DNA from: Squalus acanthias
Lineage: Eukaryota
NCBI GenBank assembly: GCA_030390025.1
Contig: CM059432.1
Location: 24,864,001 to 24,928,000, forward strand
DNA length: 64,000 nucleotides
Direction: 5' to 3'
Positions 51,156 to 63,070 of this stretch are shown piece after piece. The stretch's first letter is position 1, and every line of letters begins with the position of its first letter. The notes beneath the pieces were generated by a model. It saw only the letters and a program-made list of their open reading frames with translations. It was not told the origin of the DNA and did not search any database. Both the position numbers and the translations under genes were made by a program.

Positions 51156-53116
51156 ATGGTGAATGGTGGTGGACCATTAAACAACTAACGGAAGGAGGAG
51201 GCTCCATGGATATCCCCATCCTCAATGATATTTGAGCCAAGCATGTGAGTACAAAAGACAAAGATGAATCGTTTGCAAACATCTTCAGCCAGAAGTGCTG
51301 AGTGGATGATCCATATCGGCCGCCTCCTGAGGTCCCCGCCACCACAGAAGCCAGGCTTCAGCCAATTCGATTCACTCCACAAGAAATGGCTGAGCGCACT
51401 GGATACAGCAAAGGCTGTCGGCCCCGACAACATCCCGGCTGTCATGCTGAAGACTTGTGCTCCAGAACTATCCACGCCTCTAGCCAAGCTGTTCCAGTAT
51501 ACCTACAACACTGGCATCTATCCAACAATGTGGAAAACTGCCCATGTATGTCCTGGACACAAAAAGCAGGACAAATCCAATCTAGTCAATTACTGCCCCA
51601 TCAGTCTACTCGCAATCATCAGCAAAGTGATGGAAGGTGTCGTCGACAGTGCTATCAAGCAGCACTTACTCACCAATAACCTGCTCACTGATGTCCAGTT
51701 TGGGTTCCGCCAGGATGACTTGGCTCCAGACCTCATTACAGCCTTGGTCCAAACATGGACAAAGAGCTGAATTCCAGAGGTGAGGTGAGAGTGACTGCAC
51801 TTGACATCAAGGCAGCATTTGACCGAGTGTAGCATCAAGGAGCCCTAGTAAAACAGAAGTCAATGGAAATCGGGGGGGAAACTCTCTGCTGGCTGGAGTC
51901 ATACCTAGCACAAAGAAAGATGGTTTTGGTGGTTGGAGGTCAATCATCACAGTCCCAGGACATCACTGCAGGAGTTCCTCAGGGCAGTGTCCTAGGCCCA
52001 ACCACCTTCAGCTGCTTCATCAATGACCTTCCCTCCATCATAAGGTCAGAAGTGAGGATGTTCGCTGATGACTGCACAGTGTTCAATGCCATTTGCAACT
52101 CCTCAGATAATGGGCTGGATTTTCATTGACCCGTGGAGGCGGGTTTGGAGGTGTGTGGGGGGTTAAAATTGCAAAAACTGGTGGGCGGGCACAAGTTCGC
52201 CTCCATCCCGCCTCCATCAATTTTCATTAAATCGTGTCTGCTGGTCCCAACTCCATCCCGTCTTTAAGAGACGAGATAGGCTGTTAAGGCCCTTAACAAG
52301 CACTAAATTGGCTCTATAATGCCATTTTGACAGGCCTTTGTGATTTTAACCCTTGATCTACGTGAAGCACGCCTGTTCTGAACCATGATTGTGAAACCTG
52401 GCGGGAGCACATTTGGATAGCTGACTATCAGCTGCAGGTCCACTATTAGAATGGAGATGTGATGAAGGTAGTAGTAGTATTAGGTCTGAAAGTCGCCTCT
52501 GATGCTGCTGCATTGAAGACTGCCTGGCCTTTGCTGTGAGAGGACCTGGATGCAAAAAAATGTCTCTCTCTCTCTCTCTCTCTCTCTCCTTAGAGCTGCT
52601 GCTCATTTTGCATCCAGGTCCTCTCACAGCAAAAGCCAGGCAGTCTCTGACCTGCAATGCAGCAGCAATGATGACATCATCAGAGGTGACTTTCAGACTG
52701 AAACCACTAATTGGTTCATGGGTTCCCACATGCTGGAACTCAATTGCCCAATTAAGTGAAAATTCCATCAATCTCCCACATCCAATTGCAGTCGGGTGGA
52801 TAACACGAAATGCGGATGACACGACCCCAACCCGCCCCAGTATCAAAATCCAGCCCAATGAATCAGTCCATGCCCGCATGCAGCAAGACCTGGACGACAT
52901 TCAGGCTTGGGCTGATAAGTGGCAGGTAACATTCACAACACAGAAGTGCCAGGTAATGACTATCTCCAACAAGCGAGCATCTAAACACTGCCCCTTGACA
53001 TTCAACGGCATTACCATCACCGAATCACCCACCATCAATATCCTGGGGGTCACCATTGACCAGAAACTTAACTGGACCAGCCACATAAATAATGTGGCAA
53101 CAAGAGCAGGTCAGAG
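51156..53116 (+). mobile_element. RT segment of second CR1-clade LINE family, interrupted by a MITE
   Basis: GPDNIPAVMLK, GVPQGSVLGP, MFADD, DQKLNWTSHI. Confidence 0.92.
52112..52856 (-). mobile_element. Harbinger-type MITE (family D)
   Basis: Perfect TIR gggctggatttt, AAT TSD (52109-52111 / 52857-52859). Confidence 0.92.
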
Positions 53117-53229
53117 ATTTCTGCCTCTACCATCCTTTCAGGCAGTGAGTTCCAGACCCCCACCACCTATGGGTGAAATAATTTCTCCTCAAATCCCCTC
53201 TAAACCTCCGACCAATTACTTTAAATCTA

Positions 53230-53432
53230 TGATGCGGAGATGCCGGCGTTGGACTGGGGTGGACAAAAGTGAGAAGTCGCACAACACCAGGTTATAGTCC
53301 AACAGTTTTATTTGAAATCACAAGCTTTCGGAGCTGCTGCCCCTTCACCTGACGAAGGAGCAGCAGCTCCGAAAGCTTGTGATTTCAAATAAAACTGTTG
53401 GACTATAACCTGGTGTTGTGCGACTTCTCACT
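53230..53432. mobile_element. Fold-back mini Penelope-like element, second copy
   Basis: ~80-bp arms, loop acctgac, TSD TTTAAATCTA (53220-53229 / 53433-53442). Confidence 0.88.
53345..53382 (+). ncRNA. Minimal type I hammerhead ribozyme motif
   Basis: UCAC-CUGACGA-aGGAGC agca GCUCC-GAAAGCUU-GUGA. Confidence 0.8.
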
Positions 53433-53885
53433 TTTAAATCTATGCCCCCTGGTTATCGACCCCTCTGCTAAGGGAAATAGGTCCTTCCTATCCAATCTAT
53501 CTAGGCCCCTCATAATTTTATACACCCCAATTAGGTCTCCCCTCAGCCTCCTCTGTTCCAAAGAAAACAACCCCAGCCTATACAATCTTTCCTCATAGCT
53601 AAAATTCACTTGCCCAGGCAACATCTTCGTAAATCTCCTCTGCACCCTCTCGAGTGCAATCACATCCTTCCTGTAATGTGGTGACCAGAACTGCACACAG
53701 TATTCTAGCTGCGGCCTAACTAGTGTTTTATACAGTTTCAGCAGAACCTCCCTGCTCTTATATTCTATTGTCGGCTAATAAAGGCAAGTATCCTGTGTGC
53801 CTTCTTAACCACCTTATCTACCTGGTTTTCCAGCTATTCATTTTAATGGATGAAAAACAACAGGAACCATACCCGTGATCTCCTG

Positions 53886-54135
53886 CATTGGTGGCCGTGC
53901 TTTCAGCTGCTTAGGCCATAAGCTCCGGAATTTCATCCCTAAACCTCGCTACCTCTCTCCTCCTTTAAGACGCTCATTAAAACCTACCTCTTTGACCAAG
54001 CTTTTGGTCATCTGTCCTAATATCTCCTTATGTGGCTTGGTGTCAAATTTTGTTGATAAGGTTCCTGTGAAGTGCCTTGGGATGTTTTAATATGTGAAAG
54101 GCGCTATATAAATGCAAGTTGTTGCTGTTGTTGTT
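53886..54135 (+). mobile_element. L2 3' fragment
   Basis: IGGRAFSCLG; ggcgctatataaatgcaagttgttg tail. Confidence 0.85.
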
Positions 54136-55604
54136 CTCCCCACAGTAGTGTGCATTCACAAACGCAGCCCTTTAATATCTAGGCTACACGCACTAAAAAT
54201 GGCTGAAGTACTGAATAATGGCTGGCACAGATGGAGCTGCACACAACGATGAGTCAGGCCAGGAAAGAAGAAAATTGGAGGGAAAAATATGTACAGCCAA
54301 TTTGTGATTAGTTTTGTGTAGTGGAACCGCACCCAAAGGGGACTTGATGATGATTGTATCAAACCGTAGAATGGACGATGTGAGAATAAACTGACACAGG
54401 CTATGTTGAGTGCTTCGAAGCTTTTGGCCCCAAAATGTGATGATTCTCCAGTGATTGATGGTGAATTCAACTGAAAAAAGGGGCCGTTCTGCAGTCAATC
54501 ACCTTGTGTAATGAGAAAAATGTCCTATTCAAAACTGTCAGCTTGCAACCTAATCATCATTCATAATGTAATGCTTCACAGTTCCTTAACTACTCTTTCA
54601 GGATCCTCAGATGTTCCAAAGTCCTTTGAGATCTTGTGAGCATCGTCTTTTTGCATTATCTTAAATTACAGCAAAGTTTGATATTTATGTTTATTCAAAG
54701 AATCAAAAAAACCTTCAATTTGCTCTCATCGCTCCTTAATTAGCTATCTAATTTATTGAAAGTCAACAGTTGTGAGCAGTTGAACAGTTGAAAACGAATT
54801 AATATTTGTCATTAAATTACTGATTAGCATTTTCTTTGATGTTATTGAATCTTACGAATTGTTCATTGCTCCATGTTATTTATGTGCTGTCTCAGAAACT
54901 TAGACACTGCTGACAAACCAAGTTCCAAGGGACACACATGAAGGGTAATTAACGTGCAGTCAGAAATTGCTGGAATGTTACCCCACTGCTCCAGCTAATA
55001 TAGTGACTGTTCACCCTCCTGGCCCAAAGAGTGGCCAAGGAGGTGCCATCATTTTGAGTACTTGTGCAAGGCACAACCTTGGGACAGAGGAGAAGGAGAC
55101 TGATTCCAAACCGAATCCATTCTTTATCTAACTTGGCGGTGTTTGGAATTTGACACTGAGTGTGGAAAGTGGAAAAGTGTTTTATTCCCCAGCACGGACA
55201 TCTCTCACTTGAATGAACATAAAAATTCACTTGTGCTGAGTATGGTACGTTATATGATCATGTTTGTTGTCTGTTTTAGTCATGAATAAATAATATCACA
55301 GCAATGTCTATAGAGTCTTCCATAATGAACAATAGCAGCCACAACAATGTGTACTTTACACAGAGCTGTTCACTTAGCAGGACGTCCCAAGGTGTTTTAC
55401 GGTATGGTCATGGGACTCAAGCAGGAAGAGGAAGAGAAATCCCATTGGGGAGGTAGCTGGAAGCACAGCCATAAAGGAATGGTTTCATAAAGGCTTTTAA
55501 GGTCTTTACAGAGGTAACAAGGCAAAGAAGAAAGGCTGCAAGAGAGAGAAAATAGAAGCTAGAGTTGGGAGAAGGATTGGTTATTAGATAACAAGTTTTT
55601 TCTT

Positions 55605-55765
55605 ATATAAAAATGGAAAATGCTGGAAATACTCAGCAGGACAGGCAGCATCTGTGGAGAGAGAAACTGAACTAATGTTTCAGGTCTATGACCTATCGTC
55701 AGAACTGAAAAAAGTTTGAGATATAACAGGTTTTAAGCAAGTGCAGAGGCAGGGAAAGGACAGGA
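55605..55765 (-). mobile_element. Penelope pLTR fragment with HHR motif (55670-55706)
   Basis: Minus strand agttCTGACGAtaggtcatagacctGAAAcatt; homologous to 29590-29724. Confidence 0.75.
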
Positions 55766-55851
55766 ATGTTTTTCCTTATGTCCAGTTCAAGAGGCAAAGG
55801 TACGATGATGTGAATAGCCTCCTTCAATGCTGTAAAATTCTATGATTCGAG

Positions 55852-58835
55852 GGGGACTAAATTGAGCCATGTAGAACAAGTTTTCTAGGTGCTGCACGGC
55901 TACATAAGACTTGAAAATGGGGTCCGAGATGCACGCACACACATCCGACGGGAAGTGTGCAGGAGGCCATCTGACGACTGCTGGCAGCATGCAGAGCAGT
56001 GAGATGATGATGTGAATCAGTGTGCAATGCTGATTCAAAGCCACCGCTGCCATTTTCCAACTCCACATGCCAGCCAACACCCTGTCTTAACCTCGCACAA
56101 CTGCACATGTCGTTAAACAGAATGAAGGACTCCCACCGGCACTATTTAAAGGGATCATAAAGTACTTACAGGTTAGTTGCTGGATTATTTCTTCTGGCTG
56201 CTGGTGCAATTGTATGTGGTTTGGGAGGTTTCCTATACTTAGTTAAAGTTTGAATAGTTTACACGGAGTGGTCAGAAATAAACAAGAGCTGGTGCTGAAG
56301 TACTTTTTTTGTCATATAAAATAATGTACCGAAAGAAGTTTCTTCCAGACATGGATGGGCCTGGTAGGGTCTCTGGGACTTGACTGGAAGAATGAAGAGA
56401 GGCCACGCAGAGAAGATCAAGCTGCTAGAAGGGGGAGAAAGTGGAGGAGGAGGAAGTGCAAGTGGAAGTGCAGGAAAAGGAAGAGGAAGGGATGCTGCAC
56501 TGTAGATAGCCCCTTTCTGCCCGGGCTCTACATGATCAACCTATTCATGAGCGTTACCAGTAACTTCATTCCTTACCTTTCCTCAACCTCTGATCATTAC
56601 ATCATCCTCTTTCTGACAGCACAAAATAAAAACCACCAGGAAATGCATATTCAATTCCAATGTTATAAATTCACATTAAATAATGCATTCAAAATGAAAG
56701 TAATCACCCTTGTGCATTCCCTTAGTGCCTGTTTTCCGTGTGCCTTTGCCTATTCTCGTGCTCCTATGAGGTGCTTCCCCAGTGGCTGCAGCACGGGAGG
56801 TGGAAGGTTGCTGATTTTCAATTGAGGAGACTGCAGATGGCCTTGGAGAATGACCACGAGCCGCTCTGGGCCTCAAGGTCCGGCTTCAGGCTGCACCATC
56901 TTGGCCTGGCCGGCAGCAGTCTGAGCCGGCTGGCTGACAGGCAACAGCAAGGGCACTGGCGGAGCAGTAGGGTGGGAGCATGAATGCTGTCATCCTGAGA
57001 GAGGGCAGCAGGTTTGTGTTCCAAGGAGCCACCGCCACTCTATCGGGGCGGCGCCTCAGCAATCGTGGTGATCTGTTAGAGAACAGATTGATGGACTGCT
57101 GTGACACCCTGGAAGCCCCTTTGAACAGTGGTATCCAGAGCCACAATGGCAACAGTCTGAGCAGCCAAAGCAGCAGTCTGAGCTTCCACTACAGCACTCA
57201 GACCTTTGATAGAAATTGTTTGTGCTGCAATGCAAGGTGTGACATTGGCCATCAGACACTGCATCATGGTGGGTTCCACAGGTGTGCTGATGGAGGTGAC
57301 CACCCATTCCATGTTTGAAAGGAGGGGCTCCAAGCTCTGCACAAAGCCCTGTGCCAAGTTAGTGCTGGAGTGCTCTACGCTCCTTGACATTGTGTGTAGG
57401 CTTTCTGGTAGGCTTTCCAGTTCACCAATCATTTGGTTGTGTACGCTATCAGCCTTCTTCTGTAGCCTGGGCCATCGAAGTCCTCATCTGACCCCTCTGC
57501 AGCAACTAGTGTGCGACCTTGGCCGCCTATGAGCTGGCACCTGCGTCATCCTTTCCCCCCGCCCTGGTTCCTGCACACATGTACCCGGTGTTTCACCACA
57601 GTCAGATCCCACCTCTATCCTAACCTCTAAATTATGCACAGTGTCAGTATGTGAGCTGGTGTCTCTGAGTGTAAGATCGAGTGAGGGTATCTCTTCATCT
57701 TCAGTGTCTTCTTCCTCTTCCTCCTCTGACTGGGTAGGTTCCAGTTCTTGGATATCTGAAATGAAAAAGGGACAAGGGTTGGTTGTGGTGAGGGGAGAGG
57801 AGAAAGTAAGAAATGCTTGCTTACACCATCTGCAGCTTGTGAGTCAGTAGAGATTGTAGGATGAGGGAGAAGTGGGAAGAGAGAAGGAGGATTAGGTCAG
57901 CAGATACACTCATCATTGATCCCTCCAGCCCGCCTGTGGCCACGGCCTCAGCAATGCCCCTTCCCATGATGGCCAGGACTGTCTCCTCCATGGGGGTTAA
58001 AACATGCAGCCACGCTTGTCCTCCTCCAGTTCTTTCCTGCTGCCTCCCGTTATGCGCCACCTTCTCCTGCAAGAAAGAGGGAAGTGTGTCGTTGAGTGTG
58101 CTGCAATATGTTTGGGTGATGTGGCTGTCATGGTTGAATAGCTATCAGTGTGTGCGAGCTGTGTGAGGGTGAGGTAAAGCACATGAATTGAAGGGTTGAG
58201 TACTGATTGATAGAGAGTGTTGGTAGGTGGGTGATAGGGGTGTCGTAAATTGGAACAGTGGATGAGGCTAGTGGTGCAGTTGGTAAAATATGCCATTTGA
58301 AGATTGAACTCACTCGTCAAGTTTCTTCCTGCACTGCATCCATGCTCTTGGAGGTATACACCTGGCATTGACCTCTGCCGTTACTGCTTCCCACTGACTC
58401 TTGAGCCTCCTGCACCCTCCCAGCCCCCGCCCCCCATGGATACAGGATGTCCCTCCTTCTCTTTGCGCCTTGCACCAAGGCCTCCAGTGCATTGTTAGAA
58501 AACCTTGGAGCATGCTCTCTTGCAGGTTGACCCATCTTGGCAAAAATCTTCAAAATCAATGATCTTTCTGACATCACTTCCAGCAGCCACAATACACCTC
58601 CCCTTTAAGAGGTTTAGACTACCTTTAATTAGCGCTAGCCACCCCTGATATCGGGCCCCCTGCTGATGTGTGCAGCCAATGAACAGCTCGGGTAGTGCTG
58701 GCTGCACGCAGCAATCCTGGAAATCAGCAGGCTGCACAAATTTAATATCCTGCCTGCAGCGCAATGAACGGGCGCGGGTTAATCACGCACCACAATCCCC
58801 GCACCCGATTTTGGGTTTTATCCAATTTAACCCCC
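55852..58835 (-). mobile_element. Harbinger family B deletion derivative: 3-exon Myb gene retained, transposase core deleted
   Basis: TIRs ggggactaaattg / gggggttaaattg; homologous to 19181-21921; only ~250 bp of transposase ends remain at 56350-56600. Confidence 0.85.
56720..58535 (-). pseudogene. Myb/SANT-like gene (exons ~58535-58314, 58066-~57908, 57755-~56720), frameshifted
   Basis: MGQPAREHAPRFSNNALEALV, QWEAV, WMQCRKKLD, EKVAHNGRQQERTGGG, LSQDDSI. Confidence 0.82.
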
Positions 58836-58849
58836 TATAAGTGCGTAAT

Positions 58850-59004
58850 GGGGGTAGCTTTCAAGTTTCAGCGGGTCACAAAACTGAGGGTATTGGATTG
58901 GTATTGAAGTCAATGGAAAGGATAATAGGACGGTGTGGATAATGGGCGGCCAATCCGATCCCGCCGCTACATTCAGCCCCCGCTTAATGTGAAAGTCACC
59001 CCCA
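58850..59004. mobile_element. Short palindromic MITE, decayed
   Basis: ggggtagctttca / tgaaagtcacccc, central attgaagtcaat. Confidence 0.6.
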
Positions 59005-59950
59005 GCAGGTCAGTCATTATCTGTGAAAAGAAGAGACAAATTAACATTTTGTGTTACCCGCAACAATAACCTGTCTATTTACAGACGCTAACTCACCCGC
59101 CTTGCATTTCCAACATTTTCTGCTGCCTTTTGCCCCTCTTCAGTTCTGCAGAGGGAAGTCTGCAAGGGGCCGTGGGACGACAATCCAGTTTGTTTGTGAC
59201 TGTGAAACCTGGCTTTTCACCCTCTAAGGTGCAATTCCTGCAGTTTGTGGATTTAACTACATCTTTTATATTCTAGTCCTACTTTTATTAATATTATTTG
59301 TTATGCAAGAGGTGGCATAGATATTGCCAGTTTTTTTGTGTAGCGTATGTTGTGATTGCTAAATGTACCTCAATGTGCATTCAGGACAGAGTAGAAATGA
59401 AACAGAATGCATATATGGGATCTTTGGATGCTTTGCACAAAACAGCTGGTCGAAATCATGAATGCAGCTTCCTAACATGTCACAATAAATCGGTGAGGTT
59501 CAAACACTTATTTTACTCACACACCAGCACAAAGGAAACCAGTAAGAGCATCAGCTTATCCTTCTTGGCATTAATAAAACCTGGTGGAAGTGTGACTAAT
59601 AACATTTGGAGCAAGAGGGCTTTGAAATATTGGAAAACAAAAGAAATTATTAATCGAGTCCGTGCCCTAACAGTTGACTGAATTGGCGTTTACTGTTAAC
59701 TACTGAGCTCAATATTTTCCGAATGGAAAATGAAACATAGCGTTAAATCCACCAAGGGGAACTTTAACATCAAAGCGCTAATTTCAGTTTAGTTGTAACT
59801 CAGTGTGAAATTATGGGTGGTCAAGTCTTTTGTTGCAGACTTTTCCTTTTTAAATTAACAGCCGACCAATTCTGTTGGTGGAAATCAAGAGCCTGCACTC
59901 TCAAACACAGCTAACTGTCTATGATGACTGAGAGATACTTTAACATATAT

Positions 59951-61124
59951 GGGGGTAGAAATACAATCACACCTATTTTTGGGCGTGGGCCATGAAGCTG
60001 GTGAGCTGCAGAGAGTAAGTTGCATCTTGCCCAGCGAACTGTCACTGAAGAACAGGCCGCTGCAGTGGCTCTATGGTAAGTGAGTAAGGGGGAGGCCCGG
60101 GGGGCAATCGGTGGCCGGTGGGGGAACAGTTCGTGCCTCAGGCTGAGGGGGTTGGGAAAGAAATTGGGCCTTAGGTGGAGGATAGATTGGGTCTCAGGCA
60201 GGGGGAGGTATGGTAGAGATCGGACCTCAAGCCATGGTGGGGAGGTGAGAGATTAAGCCTCAGGCTGTGGGAGAGGGGTGTAGAAGTTGGGCCTCAGGCC
60301 AAAGGGGTGGGGGGGGGTGCAGAAATTGGGCCTCAGGCCAGGGGGATAGAAGCGATTGTGCCTCAGGCTGGGAGGAGGGAGGAGAGATTGGGCCTCAGGC
60401 TGAGGTGGGGGGAGGAGAGATTGGGCCTCAGGCTGAGGTGGGGGGGGGAGAGATTGGGCCTCAGGCCGGTGGGGTGGGGGGGTGGTTGGGGTAAGGGGGA
60501 GATTGGGCCTCAGGCCAAGGGGGGAGGAGAGATTGGGCCTCAGGCCAAGGGAGGGGGAGAGATTAGGCCTCAGGCCAAGGTGGGTGGGGGGTAAGGAGGA
60601 GATTAGGCCTCAGGCCAAGGAGGGAGGAGAGATTGGGCCTTAGGCTGGGGAGGGGGGAGAGATTGAGCCTCAGGCTGGGGTGGGTGGGGGGTAAGGGGGA
60701 GATTGGGCCTCAGGCCAAGGAGGGAGGAGAGATTGGGCCTCTGGCTGGGGAGCAGGGAGGGATTGAGCCTCAGGCCAAGGGGGAGGGGGGTGGGGAGAGA
60801 TTTGGCCTCAGGCCGGTGAGGGGGGGGAGTGATTGGGCCTCAGGCTGGGGGTGGGAAGTGGGGAAAGATTGAGCCTCAGGCCGAAGGGGGGAGAGATTGG
60901 GCCTCCAACTGGGCGGGGGGAGGGCCTCAGGCTGGAGGGAAGCACAGCACATTAATTTAGATAAATTGATCTTCACTTTCAATGTTGCCGGCATGCGCTC
61001 CTGCCACCAGTGCAACCTCCTTTCCCAATATGTTGGGCGCGCACTTCCGGCCGCAAATGTGTGAGCGCTTCCTTTCTGCCATATTGGGGGCTGAATAGGC
61101 AGCATAGTGCCAAATTTATAGGCC
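59951..61124. mobile_element. Probable Harbinger-type MITE enclosing a G-rich minisatellite
   Basis: Ends ggggtagaaat / ggcctataaatt resemble other TIRs in the window. Confidence 0.55.
60130..60935 (+). repeat. Minisatellite of GAGATTGGGCCTCAGGC cores separated by G-tracts (~25 units, 30-50 bp)
   Basis: Seen directly. Confidence 0.95.
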
Positions 61125-61479
61125 ATAATGTTCTGGTTTATTTTTCAAATGCCGCAATAAAAACATTGTCCACTTGCTCCTTATCTGTAAGGGTATTCGT
61201 CCTCTTCTAATGATGGTCTAGGTTTTAGACATCAACCCAGAGGAATGTTCCACTTTGATGAGCTGTAGGATGAAATGGTGGTTTCTTGTCCTGTTACAAG
61301 GTATGTTTTGTGTTGAGCATGAGTGGAGGGCAATTGTTGGCAGCCCCACCCTACACTTCCCAACATCTCTGAACTCAGGAGGCTTTACATAGGAAATAGC
61401 AGTTGACTAGACTGAACAAGACGTTTGGTCCAATTGGCTGCGCCCATAGTTCAAAAAACAGAACACACAATTCACGAGC

Positions 61480-62170
61480 TATATTCCTCAATTGATTTTC
61501 TCATCAAATGCCTGTCCAACTCCCTCTTAAAATGACTGATGTTATCAGCCTCGATCGCCTTCCTTAGGCGCTCAATTCCAAACATTCATCATCTTCTGTG
61601 TGAAGCAGTTACATCTGGCCTGTCCATTCGCCGTCCCTCTTGTGAGCTTCAGCCCATGTCCCCATAAGTCACAGTGAGTTGTTATCATCTGTACTGCACT
61701 GTATGAAAGGGTGGTGAAAGCAAATTCACTAGGAACTTTCAAAAGGGAATTGGATATAGTCTTGTAAAGGAAAAATTTGCAGGGGTACGAGAAAAGAGTA
61801 GAGGAGTTGACTAATTCGATAGCTCTTTTAAAGAGCCCACACAGGCACAACAGGCCCTTCTATTCTGTATGATTGTATGTTATTCTTGCAGCCATGGTAA
61901 ACAGTTTCTCAAGGTTCAATTTGTTGATACCATTAAGGATCTTGAGTCCTTTAATTAAATTCCCTCTCAGTCTTCTCTTCACTGATCTCCTTCCAGCTCA
62001 GATGTCAGATGGCCATTTGACGCACTTTTTTCCAATGCCATAATGTTCTTCCTGTAAGTTGGCCAACCAGAACTCTCACAGTACTCCAGATAAGGATGAA
62101 TCAAAGATTCACATCCTCTCATTTCTGCTCTGTTCCATGATCTGTTCAACCCAAGATCCTTATTTGTGGC
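61480..62170. mobile_element. Old CR1 3' fragments in both orientations
   Basis: FTQKMMNVWN, HPYLEYC (minus); ttcaaaagggaattggata (plus). Confidence 0.55.
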
Positions 62171-63070
62171 TTTGCGTGTGAAAAAGTTGTTATGAAAAAG
62201 GGCGGAAAAGGGCAAATTGTTTCTGTCCCATAGGTTTTAGTTCAGTTCTTGGTCAATTATGTACTGAATTAAGAAACAATGTGGTAAATGTTTTGCTCAT
62301 CAAGGTGAGGGATGTTAGTGATGGTGGGTCTTCCACTTTTGTCACCCATTATCAGTAGTGGGTTCTCACGGGTCACAACCACATGGCCAAGTGCAGAGTA
62401 AAAACTCCTTTCAAGGTTGTGTTAGTGCCACCTGGTCCCAAATCGCAGATCTTACACAGCTGGCTGCCAGCAAAAATGCTAAGACTTTTACATTTGGATT
62501 TTAGCCGGCTGCAGAAAACTCACACTTTGGGAGCCCAGAGGCACTAGAGTGGGTCTTGCTCAGCGCAAAAGCACCTTTACTCTGCCCTAATAATGTCCCT
62601 CTGCTGAATGCCTGGAGAACACTGCCTTCTACACTACTGGAAACATTTCCACTTTTCATTACCAGTAATCTGTATGGTCTCACAGAATAACTTTGTTAGT
62701 TTAGTGCCAATTCTGGGCTGTGGGCCCACGGGAACTATATTGAAACGACCCAAACTCATTTCACTTTGGATCTTTATAACCAACATGCAGAAAAAAAACT
62801 GTTCCTCCATTCAGTCTGGACTGAATTGAAACCCAGGTCTCAAAACTAAAATGATAGCTGGGTTGATTTTATCTCCCATGTTGTTTTTGGCAGGAAACTG
62901 CAGGTAACAGTTAATTTTCTGTCCGCCCGTGGTAGAATGAGCCCACTGCGATTTTAACACCAGGCCTCATTAACATGCCGTAAGCCGCCTTCCTGCCCAA
63001 AATGTTGTCAGCACTCAGTTAAGTGTGGGGGCTGGGGTCCCGGGTCATTCCATAGGGCCCGGAGGAGCAT

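Larger units (their letters stand above)
53117..53825 (-). mobile_element. CR1 RT C-terminal fragment
   Basis: QFWSPHYRKDVIALERVQRRFT...TRGHRFK. Confidence 0.88.

Noticed and set aside
52536..53297. 253-aa novel chimeric ORF
   Set aside because: Chance read-through across a MITE, LINE RT, CR1 antisense and the hairpin element; starts at a non-ATG codon
59144..59228. Possible host exon after a pyrimidine-rich acceptor
   Set aside because: Weak donor (GTGCAA), unrecognised peptide, and upstream tract abuts a Penelope remnant
60130..60935. CRISPR-like repeat-spacer array or Gly-rich protein
   Set aside because: Spacers are related G-tracts, there are no cas genes and the context is eukaryotic; the ORFs are by-products of the repeat
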